Below, piece after piece: positions 1-11,068 of a stretch of 64,000 nucleotides of DNA (positions within the stretch are counted from its first letter, which is position 1; every line of letters begins with the position of its first letter). The notes beneath the pieces were generated by a model. It worked only from the letters and a program-made list of their open reading frames with translations. It ran no database searches and was not told the origin of the DNA. The translations under genes and the position numbers were made by a program. The DNA is from Lama guanicoe (lineage: Eukaryota): contig MU056270.1 of NCBI GenBank assembly GCA_013239625.1, positions 186,001 to 250,000 on the forward strand, read 5' to 3'.

Positions 1-3000
1 GTGCTGGGCACATGCAGAGAAGATGGTGCCCAGGAGGAGAGAGAGAAGGCCACACGGAAGGGGACGGGGTGCTCAGCCTGGAAGAGGTGGCAGGAGGAGT
101 GGGACCTCACACCACAGGGGTCCTCAGCAGGATGCAGCCTCAGGGAGCCCGGTGGTGATTAGGAGTGGGGTCACTCGTGGAGGCCAGGTGGGAGGCGTGC
201 CCCCAGCACCCTGTCTTGTCCCACACAAGTCTGCTCCTCCCCCACACTTCTTTGTTTGGGTCTTGGTCACACCCTCCCCCATCTCTGAGCCTGGAAACTC
301 CAGTAATTTTAGCTCCAAGCTCGCTGTACCACATCCACCCTCCTGCACGCCGTCCCCTCTAAACCCCCCTTCACGCGTCCTTGTCCCAGAGCCCCCTGCT
401 CTCCCTGGGGCCTCCCGGGGCCCCTGGCCTTTCTTCCCTCTCCGGCCTCCCCAGGCTCACCAGGCAGTCTGTTCTCCAGCAGAGCTCTCACCTTGTGATG
501 GGGGAGCATGAGTCACTGGAGAGAAAGCTCAGGGAACACCGCGTGGCCCTCCCTGCACCCCTTCTCCATGTCATGTGACCAGGACTGTTCTGGATACATG
601 CAGCTTTGTTGGCCTGAATTCTCAGAGTGGTGACGGTCAGCAGTGAATGGCTCCTGTGAATAAGAGGCAGCCCTGCGTGGCTCCAAGCCCCTGAGATCTG
701 CAGCCTTTCCCGAAGACACACCCTGCCACCCACAGGGCCCTCGAGTCTCAGAAGTGGCACTTCCTGTGTGACAGGTGACAGCATGTCCCACCACGTCCAG
801 CCTGGAGGAGGGTGGACAAACAAACTTGAGGAAAGCCCAGCCTCAGGGACTGCCGCAAATGAGTGGAACTGGCTTTTCACCTCTTTCTTCAATTTTCAGA
901 AAATTGCCCAAAGTCATTGCAAACACCTCGCACTTCTGTTGACTTGGAGAAGGGAGTTCGCAGAATCAAGAGGTCCCTTGTTAAAGCTTACGTAGAGTCA
1001 GAGAAAGGATGCGTCACAGGACACTTCTCAGAACACTGGCCAGAGGAGGAGACAAGGGACAGCTGTTCACACAGTGTCTTTGACTCCCTGACTTTCTACT
1101 GCATAACTGACTGAAATCACAACCCAGCTTCCAACCTGCCCAGAGTGGGGAGGTCACTCCTGCTGCCGTGGCTGAGCTCTGGGAGCCCTCCAGGCTCCTC
1201 TGCAAAGCTCCTTCACTGAAGCTCAGGGCACTCTGCGAACTAAATTAGGAAAGTGAACACAGCTCTGTACAAAAAGATCCAGATCTGAGTGCCGCGTTGG
1301 CATTGCCAGGGATTTGTCCACCACCCTTTAATCCGGGTGTGCTGGGACAGCATTTAACACTAATTTCTTTCCCAGACAGCATTCTATCCCAACTCCTCTC
1401 CTGCACAAGTGGCTTATAGGTTAGGTTTTCCCAGAGGATTAAACACTCGAGGGCAGTGGCTGGGAGTCAGGACAGCTCCCTTGTTTCCTCAGTGTGAATA
1501 CGGCTTTGGAGGAAGAAGTGGGGGCCAGTGGTTAGGTCAGTGGCTTTAAAAAATGCAGCTTCTCTTACTCTGAACTCAGCATAACCAAAAAGGCCACTGG
1601 TTCCAAGAGCGGAAGGAAGAAAACAGCTAGCTAGGGCTGGAAGAAGGTCCAGGGGCTGCCTGGTGGCACAGCCGAGAAGGTCGGAAGGCCTGCCTGTCAC
1701 CCCCCAACCCCGGACAGAGCCGGGCCAGTGTGGAAGTGTCCCCTCCAGGCTGGCAGGCCTGCACTCGGAGGCTGATTCTGAGATACTGTCGCCGCAGGCA
1801 GCCAGACGCCTGCAGACCAGGGTGAAGGACCGCTGGCTGGTCAGAACGGGGCCCAGGCCATGGCCCACGGCGGCCCAGGGTGGGGCCTGAGCACTGCCTG
1901 CCCTGTCCTAGGGGTGGGGGGTCAAATGAGACAAAGTCCATGAAACATCCCGAAATGTCGAGCACAGCATAAGCAACAACCGAGCACGGGACGCCCCAGA
2001 CGTGTGCTCAGCGCCCTCCCGTTGGCCCCGGGGCTGGAGGCAGCGAAGGCACTGCCTCTGTCGGAGACAGGACGGTGAGGCTTCAGTCGACAGTCCTCAC
2101 AGATCGGAGCCAGTCTCGCTGACCCCACGCCTGAGCACTTAACTGTCAATAACCGCAGACGATAATGATGTCCTACAGTGTTGCACAACGGTTAGCACTG
2201 TAATACCCTACTGCGCGTCACGCAGTGCTGCAGCACACTCGCACTGTGACACACGAGCCCTCCATCGCTGAAGCGCGGTCGGGTGCTGTGTGGGGCACTG
2301 CAGCGTGTTACTCTCGGACAGCACACTGTGTACTGCTGTACAGTTGCACAGTATACATCACTACTTACATAACAATAAATAATCCAACAATAGCATAATC
2401 CTGCCACACAGGATGCCATGGGCAAAGGTAATAATTAATACTGCATGTGTGTTCAGCCAAAAAGCATTAGAGGAGACATTTATCTTATATAAATTACATC
2501 ACAACAATAAAACATTCTTAGTATTGTCCTGCTTTTTTACAAGTAACTAAAAATTACTGCCCCTTAAGCTTTTTCAATGATATAGTTGCACTGTTTTTAA
2601 TACAGTATAATCTCACCCCTTTTTAAAGGATGAATTTGTGAGAAAGTAGTTTTAGCCAAAACAAGGTCTCAGTATTTTTTGGTGTGTGTCTAGCATGAGT
2701 TTTTCTGAAACATTTTTCTAGCACGTGAATGTACAATTTTAAAAGATTGATTTTTAAAATACTGAATTTAGGTAAATTCAACTTTTCTTACAGTTTCCTT
2801 ACAATAAATGTGAAATGCAAATTGGACAGCTCCCTTCAGATGGGGCTCCACTGAACAGCACTCGAACGTGGGCAGATAGCCTCCTCGCAGAGTGCGACGA
2901 CCAGCTTTTGTGTCCACAGCATTCAGTGGACTGATTTCCTATTTGCTTTCACTTGCTGGTGAGCTGTGACAGGTGAAGATGATGTCCAGGCTTCTCCTGG

Positions 3001-3494
3001 GGAGCACTTTGATTTTCTCAAGTGTGTGGGGGAGGGTCAACCATAGAAGCTTCTGTCCTTTCTGTTTCAACTATGACTAAGATGTAAAAGTCTTTGGTGA
3101 GCACCAGGCAGCGCCTTCCTGCCACCCCCTCGCTCCCCGGAGAACAGGGCATCGGGAGGTTTAGTGATCAAGACACATAATTCTTTGTATCCACCTCATC
3201 GTGAAAAATCTGTATCACTTCCAGGAGATCAATATGGCAAAGGAGTAAGCCAGAAGATGGCGTTGAAGGTTAGCGATCACAGCTTAAGGCAGGGTCAGCG
3301 TGGTTTTCAGCGTCTGCAAGTGGCGAGCGAGGGGAGTGTTCGAACGACTAAGCCCGGGCCGAGGACACGTGTGCGAAAGTGCGAAAAGCTCTAGTCTGTC
3401 GTTTTTGTTCTTAACGACCTCTCGTCTGTTGGTTGTGAGCACTTTGGGGAAAAGCAAGTCACTGATTAAAATGCAAAGCCACGTGGAGGCAGCA

Positions 3495-3595
3495 GTCTTC
3501 ACCTTGCTCGCTGAAGTGTCCCGAGTGCTTCCAACGGCTCCTGACAGGTAGCAGGTGCTCAGAAAATATTTGTTGAATGAACGGATCAATGAAAG
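3495..3595 (+). mobile_element. L2 3' end
   Basis: CAGGTGCTCAGAAAATATTTGTTGAATGAA. Confidence 0.7.
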
Positions 3596-4865
3596 AAGAA
3601 AGGAAGAAAAACAGGCTGCGGCCAGAAATTTCTTTGAAAAAACCCTGTTGTTTATTACAGAGACTCTGATAATGGAAAACTTAACTTGACTGAATAAAAG
3701 TGTGGCATCCTGTTAATTTCTGAGAAAGTCTCTGGTTTGAGGAAAAGCATGTCACTCTGTGCCTCTTGCCTGTTTTGTTCCAGCCTTAACTTAGTTGGTT
3801 CTTTGGGTAGGAGACAGTGGGCCAATACACAAGATTAAAAGAAAAACTGAGAAATAAGTGAAATCAAAAGTTTTTCAAAAGTTGCAAGTTGACCTGGGGT
3901 GGTGGTGGTCTAAAATCATACAGAAACCAGTGATCTGACGGTTTACCTGAAATCGCTACCTACAACACAAACGTGCCAAAGCATCCGAGATGCTCTGGGG
4001 GGAGTCGAGTGGGCAGGTGCTCGGGGAGTTAATTTTGATACTAAGGAGATTTTGGAGAATCAGGGAAAATTGCTCCACTTAAATGTGAGTCCTACTCCGG
4101 ACGTTCATGCCCCGCTGGTAAGTTGTCTCCTATCGGCTGAGGTTAAAACTAGGTCCCTGTGAGGGGAGCTGCAGCCCGGGAGCCACTAGGTACTTGGAGA
4201 CTCTCCCCGCTCTTCCCCGCGGCGTAGCTAGAACTCTGGGCACTGGGCACCGTGCGCCGTCTGAGTCACCTCCATCCACCTGCCCGAGACGCAGAGGTCT
4301 GTGAGCTTCTCGAACGTGCAGACGGCGTGTGCGCGGCAGTTTGTAGCTCAAGGGATCCGGGCCGTTTCCTTTCTTCTTTTCAACAAGTACGATGTTCTGT
4401 AAATACCGTGGAGGGGCGGGGCCTCGGTGACAGCGGCGGTGCCAGGGTGCCCCCCACCCACTCACAGTTCTTCGAGGTGGGCAGCCCTCCGTCTTTGGTC
4501 ACAGCGCTCTGCAGGCCAAGCCCCCGTCGCACCAAATTCCGGCTCCTTCACGCCCCCCACTTCCCGCCTCGGCAGCGCTGCCGTCTTTTCGCTGTTCCTA
4601 GTTAACCCGCGGGCCTCCTGCAGCCCCAGCGCGGAGGCGAGGTCCCTATTCGCGCCTTGCCCTTCGCAGGAAACCGCCCGAGTGAAGTTCCCGGACCGGT
4701 GCGCCCAACTCGTGGTGCGTCCCCAGCCCGCCCCAGGCTCTGCTGCGGGCCCAGCTCGCCGCCCGCGGCCCCCCCACCCTGGGCCACGCGCTGGGCTCGG
4801 GGCCGGCAGCCCCCAGCCCCGCCCCGGCCAGGCCCCCACCCCCGCCCGCGGGCGCAGCAGGCTCG

Positions 4866-4910
4866 CCCCGCCCCAGGCCCCGCCCCGAGCGGGGCTTTTA
4901 AGCTTATAAA
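4866..4910 (+). promoter_or_regulatory. IRF4: IRF4 core promoter: two GC boxes (CCCCGCCCC at 4866-4874 and 4878-4886) and TATAAA (4905-4910)
   Basis: Motifs read directly, immediately upstream of exon 1. Confidence 0.8.
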
Positions 4911-4923
4911 GTTCCTCTTTCCC

Positions 4924-4993
4924 ACCTCGCGGGTTAGTTTCTCTGCTTGAACGTGGGGCTCAGTGCGGCCCTCAACTCCGAGTCCGGGGCGAG
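4924..4993 (+). other. IRF4: IRF4 exon 1 (non-coding 5'UTR; start approximate)
   Basis: Follows the TATA box and ends CCGAGTCCGGGGCGAG|gtaaga (strong donor); resembles recalled human exon 1. Confidence 0.8.
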
Positions 4994-6096
4994 GTAAGAC
5001 CTGGGTCGGGCAGGAGCATCGCTGCGAGCAGGGCATCACAGCGAGCCCGGCGAGAGACCAGAGGTCCTGGGGTCCATCTCGAGGGCAGCGCAGGGCACCC
5101 CAGCTTCGGAGCCGGGAGGGAGCACGACCCTCGAGGGAGCCCCGACGCCCACCCCGGGGACTCCCGCTTGGCCCCGCCGTCCTTGGGCCGACCCAGCCCG
5201 GGCCCGAGGAGGCCACGCGCCGGACCGCGTGGGGTAACGGGGGCCCAGGACTGGCCGAGGTGGAGCTGCCAGGCTTTCCCGCGGGGGACAGCCCTTACTC
5301 CCGAGGCTTCTTCTGCCTCTCGTTCTTGAGGAGCTCAGACTCACCGGGGCCTCCGGCTCGTGGCTTCCCGGTTGGTGATGGAAGAGGAGGAGCCCCAGAT
5401 CCAGGCCACCCTGGCCCATTGCCGGTCTCCATGTCCCGCTGACGCTCTGCGCGCGGGGGTCTCCCGCTAAGAGGCTGAGTCTCCGCAGCCTGTGGCTCCT
5501 GGGACCCACTTAATCTTTGCTCGCTGCCTGGGGCTCAAGGGCATTCTTGGGGCAAAGAGTGGAGCAGTTGTTGGGTGCGGCGCACCTGAGATGCGAGATC
5601 CTTGGCACGCGGGGCCACCAAGGGAGCGGGAACTCAGGAGTGGGCAAGAGTGGAAACTGACAGCAAGAGGGGACCTGACTGGCCACGGCTTGAGAATGGG
5701 CGGAGGGGCGGAAACTACGAGTGAGTGCAGAAACGGAGTGCCACGCGTCGTGGCGGCTGGACCGGCGAGGGCGCGCGAAGGCTAGAGCTGCGTGTCTGGG
5801 CAGCGCTTGTGCTGCGGGCGCGTCACAGGAATGGAGAGTCCAGAAAGCTGGGTAGGAGGGTGGACTGGGGAGGCGGCGGGACTGTGGCGCCCAGGGCAGG
5901 AGCCCGGGCCCGCTGAGAAGGTGCCTTCTCTGGGGGCCGTCGGCAACGCCGACTCGGTAGCGCTCGCCCCGCCACCTCAGAGCCTCCGGGGCCTCGTGGT
6001 CATTGCCGGAGGGCGGCCCTCCTCTCCCCTGCAGCCCAGAGCGAGCGCGGGAGGCGGATCCCGGGCGTGCGGGAGGACGGTGTCTGCGCACGGGGC

Positions 6097-6312
6097 ATGA
6101 ACCTGGAGGGCAGCGGCCGCGGCGGGGACTTCGGCATGAGCGCCGTGAGCTGCGNNNNNNNNNNNNNNNNNNNNNNNNNNNNNNNNNNNNNNNNNNNNNN
6201 NNNNNNNNNNNNNNNNNNNNNNNNNNNNNNNNNNNNNNNNNNNNNNNNNNNNNNNNNNNNNNNNNNNNNNNNNNNNNNNNNNNNNNNNNNNNNNNNNNNN
6301 NNNNNNNNNNNN
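6097..6312 (+). CDS. IRF4: IRF4 exon 2 coding part (start of DNA-binding domain); 3' end lies in the N-gap and is estimated
   Basis: Acceptor cccctgcag ends at 6034; ATG at 6097 gives MNLEGSGRGGDFGMSAVSC, then Ns from 6155. End inferred from the 216-nt human coding length. Confidence 0.9.
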
Positions 6313-6326
6313 NNNNNNNNNNNNNN
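6155..6326. other. Assembly gap (172 N) hiding most of IRF4 exon 2 and its donor
   Basis: N run. Confidence 0.99.
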
Positions 6327-7272
6327 CCGGCGCCCGGCTGCGGCCCCCAGCGGGGAGGGGCACGCGGGCGAGGCCCTGTGGGAAGGGGGGGGGCTTCAGT
6401 CTCTCTGAGGGAGGCGCGTGGGGCGCGCGCGGAACCCGGGGGGTCGGACGCGGGGGGCTCTCCCGGCGGTGGGGCCGTCCAAAGACGGCGCCTCTGCTTC
6501 CGCCGGAGCCCCCCGGTGAGCGCCGGAGCCCTCCTCGCCGCGGCTGACCCGCGCGCGTGGCGCTCGTCCCCTGCCGGCAGCGCCGCGGGCGCCGGGGCCT
6601 GCGTCTCCGTTGTGCTCGCTCCGGCTCCGCTCCGGGCGCTTTCCCTTCGGCGCGTCTCCCTCTCTGACTTGCACTCTCTCCCCCGGCTCTCTCGGGCCCT
6701 TCCCTTTCAGTGTTTCTCCCTCTGTCATCTCGGTCCGACTCGGTCTCTCCAAGTTTCTCTCCGGGAAGTTTTCGCAGGCTCTCGCGCCTACCCTCTTCTT
6801 CTCTCTCCCTCTCAGGGCCTCTGTTTGGGCCTCTCTCTACCGGTTTGCCCTCGCCCCCCGTGTGTGTCCCTGTCATGACCGCTTCCCCCTTGGGCAGTTT
6901 ACCCAGTGACCTGTGCTTTCAGACTCAGCCCTACCACCTGTGGGCAGAGCAGAGGGGACTTCCTCAGGGAACTTGCCTCAGAGCATCTCAGATCGAATGA
7001 TGGCCAGAGGTGCTCTGTGGGCGGCCCCTCGCCCCACAGCTCTGCCCCTACTTCCAACCTATCCCGCTTCAGACGCTGGGTGGGCGGGGCCCTTTCCAGG
7101 GGTCCTGCAGCCTCACGCACCTTTCACAAAAACCTGGCATCTTTCTGTTCCACAGTTCTGGCAACCCTGTGAATCTGAAGCCCTAACACTGTTCTTTCCT
7201 TTAGAAATACAGTTCACAGATTCTTTTCTGAAAGATCTACATTTTACCCTCCCCCCTCTTCCTTCCACCCAG

Positions 7273-7459
7273 GCTTGGGCACTATTCAAAGGAAAGTTTC
7301 GAGAAGGCATCGACAAGCCAGACCCTCCTACCTGGAAGACACGTTTGCGATGTGCTCTGAACAAGAGCAACGACTTCGAGGAGCTGGTGGAGCGGAGCCA
7401 GCTGGACATCTCGGACCCCTACAAAGTGTACAGGATCGTCCCCGAGGGCGCCAAGAAAG
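7273..7459 (+). CDS. IRF4: IRF4 exon 3 (DNA-binding domain, recognition helix)
   Basis: ag|GCTTGG...AAGAAAG|gtaggg; AWALFKGKFREGIDKPDPPTWKTRLRCALNKSNDFEELVERSQLDISDPYKVYRIVPEGAKK. Confidence 0.98.
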
Positions 7460-8232
7460 GTAGGGCTTCCTGGACTGGGGCTGCCGCCACTTTAACGCCT
7501 TAATTTCAATCTCGGGGCCTCTTTTTCTGGTCTTGGTTTTTTTGTAGCCTGTCTGCCAGCCTCAGCCTCCCATTCAAGCCCAGCAAGCTATTTGGGTCAC
7601 ACATGGAAATTCTCCAGCGCAGGCTAATTTCTCAGACTCCAAGTCTCTACCTGTGTGTGCGTGCATGTATGTTTTCCAGTTCTGCTAAGATGTGGGCCAA
7701 ATTTCCAAACCAAAAATGAAAAGGCTGTTCGAACCGTTACTTCTCTATCAGTTCTCTCATGATTAACTGTTTTGTAGAAGGGAGGCGCACACAGTCCAGA
7801 TGTTGTTGCCATTCATCTTAATAAAAGTGTCAACTTCAAAGTGTGCCATGGTCAACTTGGGTGCTTATTAATATTCAGATTCCCACTTTCCAAGATTCTG
7901 ACCAGTGTGTCAAAACAGAGCCCAGGAGTCTGCCATTTAAACCACAAGGTGACCTCACCAGCAGCGTATTTGCTGGGCCCGTCACGTCACAAGGCTCATG
8001 GCCCATGGCTTCACCCACTTCCCTCCTTGCCCTACACGCGTTGGACCTCGCGGGAACCAGTTTAATGGCCTGGAGAAATAATGCCCAAGGGAATTGCAAA
8101 AAAATGCCTTATTTGTCAACAATGTTATGCATTCTAGGAATTAAACCCTCAGGTATTTTTCTAAGATTTGACGTTTAGTCATGTCAGTTCCCTTTTTCAC
8201 TCTGTGCACTTCCCTTCTGCCTAAACACTCAG

Positions 8233-8321
8233 GAGCAAAGCAGCTGGCCCTGGAGGACCCACAGCTGCCCATGAGCCACCCCTACAGCGTGACAGCACCT
8301 TACACCCCACTCCCGGCTCAG
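8233..8321 (+). CDS. IRF4: IRF4 exon 4 (linker)
   Basis: cag|GAGCAAAG...GCTCAG|gtatgg; GAKQLALEDPQLPMSHPYSVTAPYTPLPAQ. Confidence 0.96.
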
Positions 8322-8599
8322 GTATGGGAGGGCAGGGCTTCAGGAAGGGGAGGCTGGGTCTGTGTGAGGCACACACAGCGGAAGAGACCCAAGACAAAAC
8401 AGCAGAACTTCATTTTTGCTCTTAGTCAAACAGCCAAGGCAAACCCTGGGCCACTGGGTGACTGCCTGGCTTCCCACCTGGTGTTGCCGTGGGAGCAGGT
8501 TTCAGGCGGAGGAGGGCGGGAGTGTCTGCCTGTTGGCCAGATGCTACTACGGATGCTGAAATCTGGGAAACAGGCCTTTTGTGGAAGTCAAAGCTTCTG

Positions 8600-8760
8600 G
8601 AACCAGGGCTTTATCATGTGAAACCACAGGGCAGATGATCCCTGCAGACTCAACTGCTGTGAATTACAGCTCTGTTTGATCCGCTCTGCTGGGTGGGAGA
8701 AGACGCATTTCCCGGCAGTGCGTCTGGTGCAGGTTTAACCATGTGATGAGCTTTACAACA
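8600..8760. promoter_or_regulatory. IRF4: Orthologue of the IRF4 intron-4 melanocyte enhancer (human rs12203592 region)
   Basis: In intron 4; MITF-type boxes TCATGTGA (8614-8621) and CATGTGA (8740-8746); collinear with recalled human rs12203592 flanks. Confidence 0.7.
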
Positions 8761-8931
8761 CTGTCTCCACTGTGCTTTTCGTTCTTCGTGGCGAGTTTCC
8801 ACCAAGCCTTCTCGGATGATAAGACAATTTGGCCGCCGGCCACACAAGAGGTTCCCGAGGAGTTTGCAGGACTCCTCGAGGCCGCCCCCTGAGCTGGTGG
8901 CTCCCCTCAAGCTCCACTCTGGTCCCTCCAG

Positions 8932-9076
8932 CAGGTTCACAACTACATGATCCCGCCCCACGACCGAGGCTGGAGGGAGTTCGTCCCTGATCAGCCGCAC
9001 CCAGAGATCCCGTACCAGTGTCCTGTGGCCTTTGGACCCCGCAGCCACCACTGGCAAGGCCCATCCTGTGAAAATG
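8932..9076 (+). CDS. IRF4: IRF4 exon 5 (tandem CAGCAG acceptor; alternative start 8935)
   Basis: cag|CAG|GTTCAC...AAAATG|gtaagg; (Q)VHNYMIPPHDRGWREFVPDQPHPEIPYQCPVAFGPRSHHWQGPSCEN. Confidence 0.96.
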
Positions 9077-9309
9077 GTAAGGAGGGCACTGGGACAGCTC
9101 CTGTGGCCAGAAGGCCTGCCCCTCCTGGCCTGTCCTCTGGGCAGTCCCTCCTCAGAGCTGCTGGGAAAGGCACCCCCTGCAGTGAAGGAGAGGAGGGGAC
9201 CCCAGAGGAGGGATACTGAAGGTCACTGACGCCTGGCCTGCGTGTGCCAGGACTTAGGCTCAGCGCTGCCTCCTGGAATCTTCTTTAAACATTGCAGGGG
9301 TCCTTCCAG

Positions 9310-9425
9310 GCCCCTGTTTCTATAGGTGCAAGCTCACACCATGTAAGCAACGTGCCCAAAGTTACCCAGTGAGAGTGGAGGGCTGGGATTCAGTGTCAGG
9401 CCTCCTAACCCCAAAGTCCAGCCAC
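9310..9425 (-). mobile_element. MIR SINE fragment
   Basis: TAAGCAACGTGCCCAAAGTTACCCAG...GGGCTGGGATTCA...CCCCAAAGTCCA. Confidence 0.6.
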
Positions 9426-10960
9426 GTAAGACAGAAGATGTCAGATTTCAAACTGGTTGGCAGTATTTCTTAAATTATCTGCTTAGTAAGGTAGCATGTT
9501 TCTTCCTCCCTGAATAATCTTAAACTTCGTTTTCAACCTTGGGGAAAAAGTAGTAGATTTTGGCAGTCTCCCCAGAGAAGACGGAATTGTCCCTTAATGC
9601 TGGCTGTTCCTGTCCACGTGTCTGTGAAACCAGCACATGGCAGCTGTGCCCGTGCCCTCCCTCCACAGGGACACTGGGAGGTCGCTGCCCCAGCGTGTTT
9701 CTCCTACACGGCAGTCGTGCCCACCGAGTTGTTGCCGGGCTAGGGCGACAATAAGAAGGGAGTGAATGAGCACTGTCAGGAGGACGTAAAAGGCCCCCCG
9801 AGCCCCTGGCTGGGGCCGGTTTGGTCTGGATTGGAAGTGCTTGCCCAGAGCCTTCCCCAGACACCGAGATGAGATCTTGCCGCAGAAGCACTGACTTGCT
9901 AAGTGCAGAGAAGATTTCACATGGTATGATTCAGTACATCAAAGCACAAGCTTTTAGGACTTCCGAGTTAGTTATCCGAGTGGAAATTCTAAGACTGGTC
10001 AACATACAGATCCTTTTGTATGTTCTAGGAGTATTTGCTTCTTTCTCTGGTCACGTCCCGGTCACTCTTGGCTTGTGGTATTGGCGACATATACGGTTAT
10101 TTCAGATTAGTATTGCATGACATGTTTATTCAAAAGCTCAGATTTTGGTTTTAATAGCTTTTCCAGAGTGATTCGCAGCAAAGTCGGCTTTCCATGTAGT
10201 GAAGGAGTTAACTGACGTTGGACTGGTTTCCAGAGTCTAGACCTATGTCCAGTGCGCCAGCACCTCTAGACTAGTGACCTGCGTGAAGAGGCACCACCTG
10301 GAGCTGGGACAGGGTGTGTGAGGCAGACATACCTTGAAGCACAGGCGACATTAAGTGAAGCTCCAGCAAAATCGGGTTCTACTGCATGTTCTTTCTCTAT
10401 TAACGTTGCTGGCAAGAGACAAGGTCCAGTTTTCCCCCAAACCCAGGAGCAGCAAGCTAAGTAAACGTGGGCTGAGCAGTTTGTAGGGGCTTCTTTTTAA
10501 TCAGGCTCTTTAAGCTGGGCTCACAGCTCTGCTGTGCACCTGCTGTGTGAACGGGGGCGAACCCCGCCGTCTGTCTGAGCCCCAGTTTCCCTGCACGTCA
10601 GTCGTGGAGGAATGTGGGTCCGAGGGCATAGATTGAGAGTTGCCAGGAAGGTAGGTCTTTTCTCTCAGCAAACTCACACACAGGCCCACAGGCCTTCTGT
10701 GAGGTGAGGAGGTGTTAGCCAACCAAAGGGAAATGAGGGACGGAGGGAGGAAGAAAACAGGGAGACGCCAAGTCTCCTTCAGTGAGAAAGTGCATTCCTC
10801 CTTCAACCCTGGTCTCCCGGCTGGATGCCAGCTTGTCTTGTGGCTCTGGAGGGCCCGAGCCCTTCCGCCCAGGCTGGTGCACCCCAGGGGCTGACTGGAC
10901 ACACCCTGCGGGGCTGGATGGACTGTCTGGCTGCCATCTGATTCTTCTTTGCAAATACAG

Positions 10961-11068
10961 GTTGCCAGGTGACAGGAACCTTCTATGCTTGTGCCCCGCC
11001 TGAGTCCCAGGCCCCCGGGATCCCCATAGAGCCAAGCATAAGGTCTGCTGAAGCCTTGGCGCTCTCAG
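10961..11068 (+). CDS. IRF4: IRF4 exon 6
   Basis: tacag|GTTGCC...CTCTCAG|gtgagt; GCQVTGTFYACAPPESQAPGIPIEPSIRSAEALALS. Confidence 0.96.

Larger units (their letters stand above)
4200..6640. promoter_or_regulatory. IRF4: CpG island over IRF4 promoter, exon 1, intron 1 and exon 2
   Basis: Very high G+C and CpG density; boundaries approximate. Confidence 0.85.

Noticed and set aside
1-4200. DUSP22 exons upstream of IRF4
   Set aside because: No phosphatase-like peptide recognised; that neighbour presumably lies outside the window.
5977-6878. ~290-300-aa ORFs on both strands
   Set aside because: They read through the N-gap and the CpG island; only the frame from ATG 6097 is real.
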